64,000 bases of DNA, taken from NCBI GenBank assembly GCA_945919075.1, contig CAMEIX010000016.1:2534-66533 (forward strand). The letters are read 5' to 3'. This document shows, piece by piece, positions 63,956 through 64,000 of the stretch; the first letter of the stretch is position 1; each line of letters starts with the position of its first letter. This DNA is from an uncultured Lachnospiraceae bacterium (GTDB lineage Bacteria; Bacillota; Clostridia; Lachnospirales; Lachnospiraceae). The notes under the pieces are model-generated. The model saw nothing but the letters and a program-made list of their open reading frames with translations. It was not told where the DNA came from and searched no databases. The position numbers and the translations under genes were made by a program.

Positions 63956-64000
63956 ATGACAGCTATAGGTGTTGCAAATTATCTGATGAATATGGCGGCA
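63956..64000 (+). CDS. Start of a third AgrC/HPK10-like kinase paralog (continues beyond the window)
   Basis: MTAIGVANYLMNMAA parallels MTVTGFINYLVNMAAYF (62658) and MTSVGYINFIICLLTYF (53100). Confidence 0.6.
   Translation, partial: MTAIGVANYLMNMAA

Noticed and set aside
1-64000. Mobile elements, prophage or known defence systems (transposase, integrase, RT, restriction, Cas, toxin nucleases).
   Set aside because: No ORF in any frame shows the corresponding motifs. The accessory segments are inferred only from composition, repeats and gene content.

Overview
This 64-kb window is from a Firmicute. Gene content and order look Clostridia/Lachnospiraceae-like, which is an inference from content only. 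Most of it is + strand housekeeping: infC-rpmI-rplT behind an L20-type leader, clpP-clpX-lon-engB, truA, rho, rpmE-DUF1385-prmC-prfA, bcp-yaaA-surE, cysK, a glycine-riboswitch-controlled alanine/glycine symporter, T-box-controlled thrS, NrdR-box-controlled nrdD and pyrF. Several accessory segments are interspersed. (1) 1-12.8 kb holds a NarL-type two-component pair, a single 10.8-kb ORF for a 3,615-aa secreted repeat protein, and a small pseudo-receiver gene. (2) 27-31.8 kb is a visibly AT-richer stretch. It contains a 1-kb non-coding gap full of short repeats and hairpins, relics of a CAT-like gene 5' end flanking an orphan hybrid histidine kinase, an intact CatA-like acetyltransferase and a DUF4160/DUF2442 pair. 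(3) 39.9-43.8 kb holds an XRE repressor without a canonical start codon, an 18-bp palindromic operator over a divergent promoter, two tandem paralogous membrane / PQ-rich / zinc-ribbon proteins, and a CAP-domain lipoprotein. (4) 50.5-54.4 kb and 61.9-64 kb hold two related LytTR/HPK10-type signalling modules. One is fused into an ABC-2 transporter operon and has no receiver domain. The other has tandem kinase paralogs, the first of which is frameshifted. I saw no rRNA, tRNA, CRISPR array, transposase, integrase or recognisable phage or defence gene. I cannot point to one clear novel system. The best candidates are the XRE/zinc-ribbon paralog module, the ABC-2/LytTR/DUF3021/kinase operon, the giant-protein locus and the repeat-laden 27-kb gap. 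All family names come from motif recognition by eye, not from database searches.
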